A stretch of DNA of 53,897 bases from Clostridia bacterium (GTDB lineage: Bacteria; Bacillota; Clostridia; Oscillospirales; Acutalibacteraceae). The stretch is from positions 1 to 53,897 of the forward strand of contig JAFNUO010000023.1 of the NCBI GenBank assembly GCA_017383985.1, read 5' to 3'. Made by a program: the position numbers and the translations under genes. Shown in pieces: positions 10,907 through 19,586 of this stretch. Numbering within the stretch: position 1 is the first letter of the stretch; the number at the start of each line of letters is the position of its first letter. The notes beneath the pieces are model-generated. The model was not told where the DNA came from. It made no database searches and saw only the letters and a list, made by a program, of their open reading frames with translations.

Positions 10907-11344
10907 TTATTTTTGGCCGCGTTTTGATGAACGTCTAACCTCGCCGCCGGATTTACGTTTAAGGTCGGAGAATTTATCGTCGCTGTTTTGTTTAAACTTG
11001 GACATCATATCCTCAAACGACAAGCTCTCGTTCTTTTTAACGTTCCATTCGCGGGCAGTCGGTCGGTCGGGCACCGGCGCAGGAGGACGAGGTCCGTTGC
11101 GTCGCGGTTGCTCCATTGCTCGTTTAATCGAAAGGCTTATTTTTCCGTCTTCGCCGACGGTAAGAACCTTTACCTTTACTTCGTCGCCGTTTTTAACGAA
11201 GTCATTGATGTTTTCAACATAGGTTTGTGCTACCTCGGAGATATGTACCATTCCGGTTTTTCCTTCGCCGATATCTACAAAAACTCCGAATTTTGTAATT
11301 CCTGTGACCTTGCCGGTCAAAATTACACCTTCCTCAAGCTGCAT
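10907..11344 (-). CDS. yabR: S1 RNA-binding domain protein (YabR-like)
   Basis: GVILTGKVTGITKFGVFVDIGEGKTGMVHISEV S1 fold signature. Sits after divIC as in Bacillus. Confidence 0.85.
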   Translation of the reverse strand: MQLEEGVILTGKVTGITKFGVFVDIGEGKTGMVHISEVAQTYVENINDFVKNGDEVKVKVLTVGEDGKISLSIKRAMEQPRRNGPRPPAPVPDRPTAREWNVKKNESLSFEDMMSKFKQNSDDKFSDLKRKSGGEVRRSSKRGQK

Positions 11345-11379
11345 ACCCTTTGTGCAACCTCCTGTGACTTTTAAAAAAT

Positions 11380-11688
11380 TTATTTTCCCGAAATATCGGT
11401 ATAAACCTCTTCGTCGGAATATACATAACCAAGGCGTTCACGGGCAACCCGTTCTATAAAATCGCTTTCGGTTCCGTTTTCGAGCAGGTTTTGAAGCTCC
11501 TTAACCTTAAGCTCGGTTGTTTCAAGCTGTTGCTTGGCGGCCTCAAGTCGGTCACGCTTTTGTATAAGCTCAACCTGTAACTGGCCCATTTTTATAACCA
11601 TAAAAACCGCAAAAACAAAAATACCTAATCGCAGCATAACGCTTCTTTTTTTGACCGGTCGTGAACCTACCTGAACATTTTTGTTCAT
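11380..11688 (-). CDS. divIC: Septum formation initiator (FtsB/DivIC family)
   Basis: One N-terminal TM segment followed by a coiled coil (LQVELIQKRDRLEAAKQQLETTELKVKELQ). Conserved position after yabQ. Confidence 0.8.
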   Translation of the reverse strand: MNKNVQVGSRPVKKRSVMLRLGIFVFAVFMVIKMGQLQVELIQKRDRLEAAKQQLETTELKVKELQNLLENGTESDFIERVARERLGYVYSDEEVYTDISGK

Positions 11689-11694
11689 ATATCA

Positions 11695-12201
11695 TTACTC
11701 CATGTCGAAATCAGATAATATTTTTGTACTCTTACGATTATACAACATGGGTATACGCAGGCGCAAGTGCTTTTTCGGTTTTTTTGGTTTTTTCGCCTTA
11801 ATTTTGTTGATTTTCTCAATAACCGCTCGCTTTATCGGCTCAAAAAAGTGCATTATGACGCCGACCGTCTTTTTTTCAAGCCGTTTTGCCTTTCTTATCG
11901 TCGGTTTTGCTACCAACATTATACCCCGGCTTAACGTCATTCTGCAAATTACAAGTCCCGCAATTTCGCCGATTATTATATACGAGCGCACCTCGCCGTT
12001 ACATCTTGCAAGGCACAGCATATAGGTTGTGACAGCCGCCACCGAGAACCAAAAAACGTCCTCAAAAAAAACGGCAATCCGCCCCGACGACATTATTAAC
12101 CGCCAAACCCGTACAAGGTCGTATAAAAGGCAAAGCGCTATCCCGACAACCGCCGCTAACAGAAAGCTGCCCGTTTGGCCGAAAAAGGTTATTTCGCTCA
12201 A
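11695..12201 (-). CDS. yabQ: Spore cortex biosynthesis protein YabQ
   Basis: Polytopic membrane protein immediately downstream of yabP. Basic C-terminal tail. Confidence 0.7.
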   Translation of the reverse strand: MSEITFFGQTGSFLLAAVVGIALCLLYDLVRVWRLIMSSGRIAVFFEDVFWFSVAAVTTYMLCLARCNGEVRSYIIIGEIAGLVICRMTLSRGIMLVAKPTIRKAKRLEKKTVGVIMHFFEPIKRAVIEKINKIKAKKPKKPKKHLRLRIPMLYNRKSTKILSDFDME

Positions 12202-12203
12202 GG

Positions 12204-12500
12204 TTATCGGAAAAGTCTGCCGAGCAAGCCCGCTTTTTTGTCACGGTCGTCGGTATACGCAAGTCCAAAAATGTTGCCCGTAACGTTAAGCTCTCCCGCC
12301 TCGGTGTTAAGGCGATTAATATGGAGTTGCGTTCCCCTTACAGTAAGCTCGCCCATGTCGGTATAAACTATCATGGTTTGCTCGTCAAAGGAGTCAACGT
12401 CCTTGACCCCCGTTACGGTAAGGCTTTTTCGGTCCTCCATTATCACGTTGTGCGGCTGTTTTACGGCGCTTTTAATCGGTTGTCTTATTTCCTCTGTCAT
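12204..12500 (-). CDS. yabP: Sporulation protein YabP
   Basis: HNVIMEDRKSLTVTGVKDVDSFDEQTMIVYTDMGELTVRGTQLHINRL, typical of the YabP family. 98 aa. Confidence 0.85.
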   Translation of the reverse strand: MTEEIRQPIKSAVKQPHNVIMEDRKSLTVTGVKDVDSFDEQTMIVYTDMGELTVRGTQLHINRLNTEAGELNVTGNIFGLAYTDDRDKKAGLLGRLFR

Positions 12501-12571
12501 AAAAAAATCCTCCCAAACGGTTTATAATTAAAAATATGACCGTTCGAAAGGATATATTACTTTAAAAAATC

Positions 12572-12814
12572 TTATTCTATTACCGTGTACATAAGCGGCG
12601 CCGTGTCTTTATTAGCGACCTCGGTCACCTTTTCGACCTTTACGGTAACCGTTCTTGCGCCAAGCTTTATTTCAATAACGTCGCCCTGTTTTACGTCATA
12701 CGACGCACGGGTAGGCTTTCCGTTAACCGAAACACGTCCCGCGTCGCAGGCTTCATTCGCGACGGTACGACGTTTTATAAGTCGGGACACCTTTAGGTAT
12801 TTATCAAGTCGCAT
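12572..12814 (-). CDS. yabO: S4-domain RNA-binding protein (YabO/RqcP, Hsp15-like)
   Basis: [34 protein letters not shown]4 motif. 80 aa. Confidence 0.85.
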   Translation of the reverse strand: MRLDKYLKVSRLIKRRTVANEACDAGRVSVNGKPTRASYDVKQGDVIEIKLGARTVTVKVEKVTEVANKDTAPLMYTVIE

Positions 12815-12913
12815 TTATGGTCTCCTTTTGATTACTCTTACTGTTTTATTGCGCTTGCTATATATTCAAAACGGCCACCCCGTAAAGGGCAGCCGTTTTT
12901 AGATAAAGATCAA

Positions 12914-13189
12914 TTATTTGTTGACGATATCCTTGAGAGCCTTACCAGCCTTGAAAGCCGGAGCCTTGCAAGCGGCGATAGTGATGGCCTCGTTGGTCTT
13001 GGGGTTACGTCCGGTATGAGCGGCACGCTCACGAACTTCGAAAGTACCGAAGCCTACGAGCTGAACCTTGTCGCCGGCCTTAAGAGCGTCGGTAACAGAG
13101 TCGATGAACGCAGCGATAGCCTTGTCTGCGTCTTTTTTGGAAAGTCCTGCTTTTTCTGCAACTGCAGTGATAAGTTCTGTCTTGTTCAT
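12914..13189 (-). CDS. hup: DNA-binding protein HU
   Basis: [28 protein letters not shown]...[23 protein letters not shown] moved the start to the ATG at 13189, which is preceded by ggagg. The track ORF begins at an upstream TTG. Confidence 0.95.
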   Translation of the reverse strand: MNKTELITAVAEKAGLSKKDADKAIAAFIDSVTDALKAGDKVQLVGFGTFEVRERAAHTGRNPKTNEAITIAACKAPAFKAGKALKDIVNK

Positions 13190-13254
13190 TATAAATTCCT
13201 CCAATTGTTTTTATACTTCTCCGGTTTCTGAAGCACCGGAAGAGTTTACTGAAT

Positions 13255-14049
13255 TTAGTTTCCCTTTACCTCGTCCCAAAGCTTGTCAAGCTCTTCAATC
13301 GGGGTATTGGGCATATCAATTCCGCGCGATATGGCAAGGTTTTCAACCTTTTCAAAGCGGGAGATGAATTTGTCCGACGCGGCGGCAAGCGCCTCTTCAG
13401 CATCGATTTTAAGAAAACGGGCAAGGTTTACCACAGAAAAGAGCAAATCGCCGTATTCTTCTTTAATTTTTGCGGCGTTTTGGTCGTTTGCGGCGTCGCT
13501 TACCTCTACCATTTCCTCGGCAATCTTGTCATATACGTCGGAAACATCGGTAAAATCGAACCCCGCTCGAGCGGCTCGCTTTTGAATTTTTTGGGCTCGC
13601 ATAAGGGCCGGAAAAGCACGGGGGACACTGTTCATCGTATCGGTGAAGGTTTCCTGGTTTTTTTCCTCTTTTTTAAGTGCGTCCCAATTTTTAAGCACTT
13701 CGTCGGCGTTATCAGCCGAAACGTCGCCAAAAATATGCGGGTGGCGGTAGATAAGCTTTTTGCAAATTCCGTCGCATACGTTATCGAAATTAAAGCCGCC
13801 TTTTTCCTCATCCATGCGACAATGGAAAACCACCTGCAGCAACAGGTCGCCCAATTCCTCGCTAAGCAAATCGGCCGAGCCGGAATCAATTGCGTCGGCA
13901 ACCTCGTACGCTTCTTCAATAACGTTAGATTTAATGGATTCATGGGTTTGCTCCCTATCCCACGGGCAACCGTTTTCGGAGCGTAAAAGCGCCATAATCT
14001 CAATTAAATCATTAATATCATAATTACATTTTTTAGTAAAGTCAATCAT
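13255..14049 (-). CDS. mazG: Nucleoside triphosphate pyrophosphohydrolase MazG (YabN-like)
   Basis: CPWDREQTHESIKSNVIEEAYEV and a second EE-x-x-E-x-x-D half-domain. 264 aa tandem MazG. Confidence 0.9.
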   Translation of the reverse strand: MIDFTKKCNYDINDLIEIMALLRSENGCPWDREQTHESIKSNVIEEAYEVADAIDSGSADLLSEELGDLLLQVVFHCRMDEEKGGFNFDNVCDGICKKLIYRHPHIFGDVSADNADEVLKNWDALKKEEKNQETFTDTMNSVPRAFPALMRAQKIQKRAARAGFDFTDVSDVYDKIAEEMVEVSDAANDQNAAKIKEEYGDLLFSVVNLARFLKIDAEEALAAASDKFISRFEKVENLAISRGIDMPNTPIEELDKLWDEVKGN

Positions 14050-14144
14050 ATAACTACCATTTTAGCCGTTGTAATAGTATTTAGCCGTTGAATTTGTGCA
14101 TATTTCATATAAAACTTGTCTCAAAACATGCTACCTTTTATATT

Positions 14145-15917
14145 CTAATCTATCCAATGGATTTTTTCAAGTACTTTTGCTATTTTTTGTCCTTTTGGCA
14201 ACATGTTTACGTCATTTTTAGTCAAAGTTCGGGTAAAGCCCATAGAAATTACGTAAGCAAGCGCCGCAACCGCAACCGATACAACGGTTGTAATGCTTCC
14301 CTCACCTCTTAAAGAAGACAAAAGCAAATGGGTTCCGTAAGCGGCGCCGCCGCAAATTGCGGCGCAGATAAGCGGCTTTATCATCGTACCGATAACGTTA
14401 ATTTTAACCGCCGAATATTTTCTAAGCGCAACAAAGTTGGCAACGAAAATATAAGCATAGCATATCGCCGTACCGATAGGCGCTCCGATTACGTTTATCG
14501 ACGGTATTGATACAAGAAAATAGTTTATGCCTATTTTAAGTATTACGCCGATTATCATGTTGTAAACGGGAATTCGCTGCTTTCCGATTGCCTGAAGCAT
14601 GCTTGTCGCCGGAATGGTCATAGCGGCAAAAATCGTTGTTAAACCAAGAACTCGCAAAATAGGCGTTGAAACGGCCGTTTCAACGGGATTTAACGGGTAA
14701 ATAAGGTTTAATATCGGATAAGACAACGCAAATAATCCGGCTCCGGCGGGCAAGGCAATAAGCGAGGAAATGCGTATACTTGACTCGATATTAATTTTAA
14801 TAGCCGAGTTGTCCTTTGCCTTCCACGCGGTTGCAAGCACGGGGATAGCCGTAACGCCGATAACCGAGGTTATTGTAGGCGCCAAATTATAAAGCGAATA
14901 GGCATAGCTTCGGTAACAACCGTAAAGGAAGTTGGGCAACGATTGGTCGGTTTGGCCATCAAGAATACTGCCGTAGCAGGCACGCAACGCTTCGGCGTTA
15001 GTTTTAACGGCGGCATCAAGCTGAATATTAACCAAGGTAAGGTCAACAAGCGACGCAACCTGCGTAGTTAAGCTGCCCAAAACAATGGGCACCGCAATAG
15101 CGATAAGCATTTTAAAATGCTCCCTGTCGCGGCGAGGTTCAGGGGAAGCGGCAAGCTCCTCGGCGGTAAAGCGGTCGCCCACAATGCGGTAACGGAGCAT
15201 AAGGTAAACCGCGCCAAAAACCGAGCCGATTGTAATACCGAGAATTGCTCCGGCGGCGGAATAGGGCGAAATCGCCTTAAGCGCAACCTGTTCAAGGGTT
15301 GCTGTAGTTCCGTCAAGCTCAATAACCTTACCCATAACGGTGCCGCTGCGCTCAAATTCGGCATAAAGGAATTCCTTAACCGCGTAAGCAAAGCCAAGAC
15401 CTGCAAACAGCTTTCCGCAGGCTTCAATAACCTGGGAAATGCCGGTAGGATACATGTCTCTCAGACCCTCGTAGTATCCGCGGTAGGTCGACATCATGCA
15501 ACAAAAAAGTATAGACGGCGTAATGGCCAACATTGACCACAACGCGTCGGGTCGGTTAATACCGTTAACGTAAATAGGTACGGCAACCAAAAGCAAGGCA
15601 AGACAAAGAAGTCCTGTTATAAGAAAAACCCTTCTTGCAAGCTTTAAAAGGGCTCTTGCGTCCTTAAACCTGCCCTCCGACACGCTTTCGGCGACCATTC
15701 TTGAAATGGCAACCGGCAAACCCGCCATTGCAATAGTGTAAATTGGAAGATATATGTCGTACGCAAGGCTAAACGCGCCGCCGCCGTCGCCGCCGAGTAT
15801 TCCGTTAAGCGGGATACGGTAAATAGCGCCGATTACCTTTACAAGCGCCGTTGCAACGCCCAGTATAAGCGAGCCTTGAATAAGGTTTTGATGTTTTCGC
15901 TTCTTTACTTGGTTCAT
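14145..15917 (-). CDS. MOP-superfamily flippase (SpoVB/YabM/MurJ-like polysaccharide biosynthesis protein)
   Basis: 590-aa polytopic membrane protein in the yabM position upstream of mazG. Confidence 0.8.
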   Translation of the reverse strand: MNQVKKRKHQNLIQGSLILGVATALVKVIGAIYRIPLNGILGGDGGGAFSLAYDIYLPIYTIAMAGLPVAISRMVAESVSEGRFKDARALLKLARRVFLITGLLCLALLLVAVPIYVNGINRPDALWSMLAITPSILFCCMMSTYRGYYEGLRDMYPTGISQVIEACGKLFAGLGFAYAVKEFLYAEFERSGTVMGKVIELDGTTATLEQVALKAISPYSAAGAILGITIGSVFGAVYLMLRYRIVGDRFTAEELAASPEPRRDREHFKMLIAIAVPIVLGSLTTQVASLVDLTLVNIQLDAAVKTNAEALRACYGSILDGQTDQSLPNFLYGCYRSYAYSLYNLAPTITSVIGVTAIPVLATAWKAKDNSAIKINIESSIRISSLIALPAGAGLFALSYPILNLIYPLNPVETAVSTPILRVLGLTTIFAAMTIPATSMLQAIGKQRIPVYNMIIGVILKIGINYFLVSIPSINVIGAPIGTAICYAYIFVANFVALRKYSAVKINVIGTMIKPLICAAICGGAAYGTHLLLSSLRGEGSITTVVSVAVAALAYVISMGFTRTLTKNDVNMLPKGQKIAKVLEKIHWID

Positions 15918-15928
15918 TTTTACTCTCC

Positions 15929-16645
15929 TTAAAACAGCCTATCGCCGTCAATCATAAGTTCAAGTCCCGCCATTACGATTTCGGCAAGGGTTGCTTCGGC
16001 AAGGTCGTTCATCTCTTTATATGTTTCGCCCGCGGTTTCGCCCGCGTCGTCGGAAATACGGCGCACAGCCGTAAAGGGTATTCCCGCCGCATGGCAAACC
16101 GAGGCAACCGCCGCCGATTCCATGTCGCAACTTACGGCGTCGAAACGCTCGATAAGCTCGGCTTTTAAGCGGCTATCGCTTACAAAGCGGTCGCCCGTAA
16201 CCATTGTACCGATTTTAACGTCGGGGCAAAGCTCCGTAAATAGGGCGTTAAGGCGGTCGTCGGCCTTATAAATGTACTCCTGCTGAGGCTTTTCGGCAAA
16301 ATTGTACCCCAGCACGGTTAAATCGAAATCGTATTCAAGCAGGCGGTCAGGCAAGGTTATCATACCGCGGCCGATATGGTTAATTCCGCCCGAAAGCCCC
16401 GTATTTATAATATAATCGCAGCCCTCTTTTATCGCAAAGGCGGTTGCGGCGGCGGCGTTAACCTTGCCGATACCGCAATGCACCGTCATTACGTCAAATT
16501 TGTTATCCCCTTTTGTAAGCGAAAAACGGTGACACTGTCTTCCAAGTAAAGTATCGGCTTCGGCGCCGTATTTTTCCGCAATAGGCACAAAGGGAGCATA
16601 TTCCATATCGTCGGCAACAATTATGCCGATTTTTTTTATACTCAT
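15929..16645 (-). CDS. PNP/UDP-1 family nucleosidase (MTA/SAH nucleosidase-like)
   Basis: KIGIIVADDMEYAPF..., VHCGIGKVNAAAATA, CDMESAAVASVC motifs. Confidence 0.7.
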   Translation of the reverse strand: MSIKKIGIIVADDMEYAPFVPIAEKYGAEADTLLGRQCHRFSLTKGDNKFDVMTVHCGIGKVNAAAATAFAIKEGCDYIINTGLSGGINHIGRGMITLPDRLLEYDFDLTVLGYNFAEKPQQEYIYKADDRLNALFTELCPDVKIGTMVTGDRFVSDSRLKAELIERFDAVSCDMESAAVASVCHAAGIPFTAVRRISDDAGETAGETYKEMNDLAEATLAEIVMAGLELMIDGDRLF

Positions 16646-16661
16646 TATTTATCAGTCCTAA

Positions 16662-17018
16662 TTAAAGCTTTTTACCGCATTTTCTGCAAAAATCGGAGTC
16701 GTCGGAATTCTGGGTTCCGCAATTGTTACAGCAGTTTCCACCCTTTGCTTCGCGGATTTTGTCCTCGATTTCGGCAATTATGGCTTTTTTATCGTCGATA
16801 TCGGCGACAACAACCTTTATTACGTCGGCGTTATCCTTGCCTTTTTTAATTTCGTCGTAATACATACGGCCGATGGTTTCGTAGTCCTTTTTTACGGCGC
16901 TGCGAATCTTTGCGGCTTCGTATTTAAGCTTTTGCACGTCAACAAATTCGCCCGTTTTTTGACACGCAAGGTCAAAATATTCCTTTGTTTTTACTACTGC
17001 ATCTTCAAATGTTGCCAT
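16662..17018 (-). CDS. Coiled-coil protein with C-terminal zinc ribbon
   Basis: Ends in CCNNCGTQNSDDSDFCRKCGKKL (CxxC-x11-CxxC). The rest is a predicted helical K/E-rich region. Confidence 0.6.
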   Translation of the reverse strand: MATFEDAVVKTKEYFDLACQKTGEFVDVQKLKYEAAKIRSAVKKDYETIGRMYYDEIKKGKDNADVIKVVVADIDDKKAIIAEIEDKIREAKGGNCCNNCGTQNSDDSDFCRKCGKKL

Positions 17019-17032
17019 AATATTCTCTCCTT

Positions 17033-18499
17033 TTATTTAATAGGGTGTTCGTTATAAAATTTTTCAATACCCGACTTACGGTTTATCATTTCCTCAAATC
17101 GGTCGATATACTCGTAGGGGTATTTATAGTTAAAAATTCGCTCGATATATCCGTCGGCGGCTTTAAGCTTAGTTACGCCCGAGGCGCCGCAAGCAAGTAT
17201 GGTATGCGTTTCGTCCATTATATAGATGTTATAAAGCCCCTCGAATCCTTTCTTTGCAAAGCCCGTGTTTTCAAGGTTGCCAACCGTCCGTGACTGACGG
17301 TAAAGGTAATAGGGCTTCATTCCGCCGGTCGAAAGGCTTTCCTTAGCGTATCTAAGCATTTTGTCGGCCGTTTTTCCTACCTCTACGTCGGGCAAGTCGC
17401 CGCCCGTAGTCATTTTTGACGAACGCTTCATAGACAGTGTATGCACCGTAACGCTTTCGGGGTCTAACTCCGAAATTTTGGCCATAGTATCCTTAAAGGT
17501 TTCGTACGAATCGCCGGGAAGTCCCGCGATTAAATCCATATTTATGTTGTTAAAGCCGTGACGTCTTGCCATATTAAAGGCCGAAACCGTTTGCTCGGCG
17601 GTATGCTTACGTCCGATATTTTCAAGCACCTTATCGCACATGGTTTGCGGATTTATGCTTATTCTTGTAGCGCCGTTTTTCATAATAGCGGCTAACTTTT
17701 CGTCGGTTACGGTATCGGGTCGTCCCGCCTCAACCGTAAACTCGCGACAAGCGGATAAATCAAAATTACCGTTTATCGCCGCCATAATCCGAAAAAGTTG
17801 GTCGGCGGAAATGGCCGTCGGCGTGCCTCCGCCGATATAAACCGTTTCAAGATGAAGCCCCAATCTCCTCGCTATCTCGCCCGTATAGGCAATTTCGTCG
17901 CAAACAAGCTTTGTATACGGCTCGATAAGCTTTTTCGCCTGCTCAACCGAATGGGATACAAAGGAGCAATAACTGCATCTTGTAGGGCAAAAGGGCACCG
18001 AAACGTAAAGGCTAAAACTATCGGGTCGGGAAAGCTCGATTATGCTTTGCTCGGTGCGCGACGCTTCCAACGCTAAGTCGATTTTTTCGTCGCTTACAAG
18101 TAATTTTTCCGAAAAATATCGACGCGCCTTTTCCTCTCCCTCGTTGTCGCTCATGCGACGCATAAGCTTGCCCGGTCTTACTCCCGTAAGTATGCCCCAT
18201 TTAGGGGTCATGCCCGTATAGTCGGAGAAAATCCCGTACATCATTACGGCGAAAAGGCGTTCACATTCGTCGTCAAAGCCGTCGATATCGGGGTTGACAC
18301 AATCGGTTTTTTCGGCCGCAAAATCGCCGTCATAAAAGCGAACGCTTAGCGAGCCGCCCTCTCTTACGGCGCGAACCGCGCGAGTATCGGGCCAATTATC
18401 TAACTCGGTTTTTACTTCAATTTTATCGAATGGGAAAAAGAGTCGGCAAATGTTTTCAAGCTCGTACCGAAACCCGTGTCCCGAAATATATAAAATCAT
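17033..18499 (-). CDS. hemZ: Radical SAM coproporphyrinogen dehydrogenase-like protein HemZ
   Basis: CPTRCSYCSF radical-SAM CxxxCxxC motif. The 488-aa HemN-like architecture has the N-terminal extension typical of HemZ. Confidence 0.8.
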   Translation of the reverse strand: MILYISGHGFRYELENICRLFFPFDKIEVKTELDNWPDTRAVRAVREGGSLSVRFYDGDFAAEKTDCVNPDIDGFDDECERLFAVMMYGIFSDYTGMTPKWGILTGVRPGKLMRRMSDNEGEEKARRYFSEKLLVSDEKIDLALEASRTEQSIIELSRPDSFSLYVSVPFCPTRCSYCSFVSHSVEQAKKLIEPYTKLVCDEIAYTGEIARRLGLHLETVYIGGGTPTAISADQLFRIMAAINGNFDLSACREFTVEAGRPDTVTDEKLAAIMKNGATRISINPQTMCDKVLENIGRKHTAEQTVSAFNMARRHGFNNINMDLIAGLPGDSYETFKDTMAKISELDPESVTVHTLSMKRSSKMTTGGDLPDVEVGKTADKMLRYAKESLSTGGMKPYYLYRQSRTVGNLENTGFAKKGFEGLYNIYIMDETHTILACGASGVTKLKAADGYIERIFNYKYPYEYIDRFEEMINRKSGIEKFYNEHPIK

Positions 18500-18521
18500 A
18501 ATTTTTTTAATCCGTTTAATT

Positions 18522-19127
18522 TCAGTTTTTCATTTTCATGGAATTTCCGTGGCCGGTATAGACGGTATATTCGCCCTTTATGTCACGGATTTTTCGAAGC
18601 GACATTCGCATATCGTGCATGCTTCCCGTTTCGAGGTCGCACCTACCGATTGAGCCGTCGAAAATAGTATCGCCGCTAAAAATAACGTCGTCGACGATGT
18701 ACATTATGCTGCCCGCCGAGTGGCCGGGGGTATGCATTACCTTTAAGCTAAGCTCGCCAAGGGCAATTTCGTCCCCGTCGGAAAGCAGAATATCGGGTTC
18801 CAGTTCGGTTTGCTCATGCGGCAACTGAACCCCGAAAGAGGTTGAAAGGCTTTTTTCCTTAAAGCGCAGTCCGTCGGCGTCAAGAGTATGAATAGCAACC
18901 TTGGCGTTTTTACACATTTCCTTTATGCCAAAAACGCCGAGCAAATGGTCAAAATGGCGGTGGGTAAGCAAAATATATTTAACCTTATCCTTAATCGGCT
19001 CTATTTTCGCTTTCATTCCCGGCGTAAAAAAAGAGGGGTCGATTACGGCAACCTCGCCGCTTTTTTCGTCGGTTAAAATATAGCTGTTACAAGCATATCC
19101 GCCAAGATAAACTGTTTCAATTTTCAT
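18522..19127 (-). CDS. MBL-fold metallo-hydrolase
   Basis: THRHFDH metal-binding motif and HTPGHSAGS. 201 aa. Confidence 0.85.
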   Translation of the reverse strand: MKIETVYLGGYACNSYILTDEKSGEVAVIDPSFFTPGMKAKIEPIKDKVKYILLTHRHFDHLLGVFGIKEMCKNAKVAIHTLDADGLRFKEKSLSTSFGVQLPHEQTELEPDILLSDGDEIALGELSLKVMHTPGHSAGSIMYIVDDVIFSGDTIFDGSIGRCDLETGSMHDMRMSLRKIRDIKGEYTVYTGHGNSMKMKN

Positions 19128-19577
19128 TTATAAAGTCTCCGTATCAAGAAGGATGGTTACGGGGCCGTCGTTTATAAGCGATACCTTCATATCGGCGCCG
19201 AAAACGCCCTTATCAACCTTTTTAACGCCGCCGTCAACAAGCATTTTCACAAACAACTCGTATAAGCGGTTGGCTTCTTCGGGTCGCATAGCTCCCGTAA
19301 ACGACGGGCGGTTTCCTTTTTTACAATCGGCAAGCAAGGTAAACTGGCTTACGGCTAAAATTTCGCCGCCAACGTCACCTATCGAGAGGTTCATTTTGCC
19401 GTTTTCGTCCTCAAAAATACGCATACCGATTATTTTTTTAACAAGCTTTTGAGCCTCGGCCTCGGTGTCGCCGTCGGCAACCCCTAAAAGAAGTAAAAAG
19501 CCTTTTTCTATGCTTCCTACCGTTTTTGAGTCAACGGTAACGGAGGCGTTTAATACGCGCTGAATTACACATTTCAT
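19128..19577 (-). CDS. dtd: D-aminoacyl-tRNA deacylase
   Basis: MKCVIQRV..., [17 protein letters not shown] motif. 149 aa. Confidence 0.95.
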   Translation of the reverse strand: MKCVIQRVLNASVTVDSKTVGSIEKGFLLLLGVADGDTEAEAQKLVKKIIGMRIFEDENGKMNLSIGDVGGEILAVSQFTLLADCKKGNRPSFTGAMRPEEANRLYELFVKMLVDGGVKKVDKGVFGADMKVSLINDGPVTILLDTETL

Positions 19578-19586
19578 AAGCTAAAA

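Noticed and set aside
14060-14100. A direct repeat, atttagccgttg occurring twice about 20 bp apart, upstream of mazG.
   Set aside because: There are only two short copies in an AT-rich promoter region. It may be a regulator site, but it is too short to separate from chance without comparative data.
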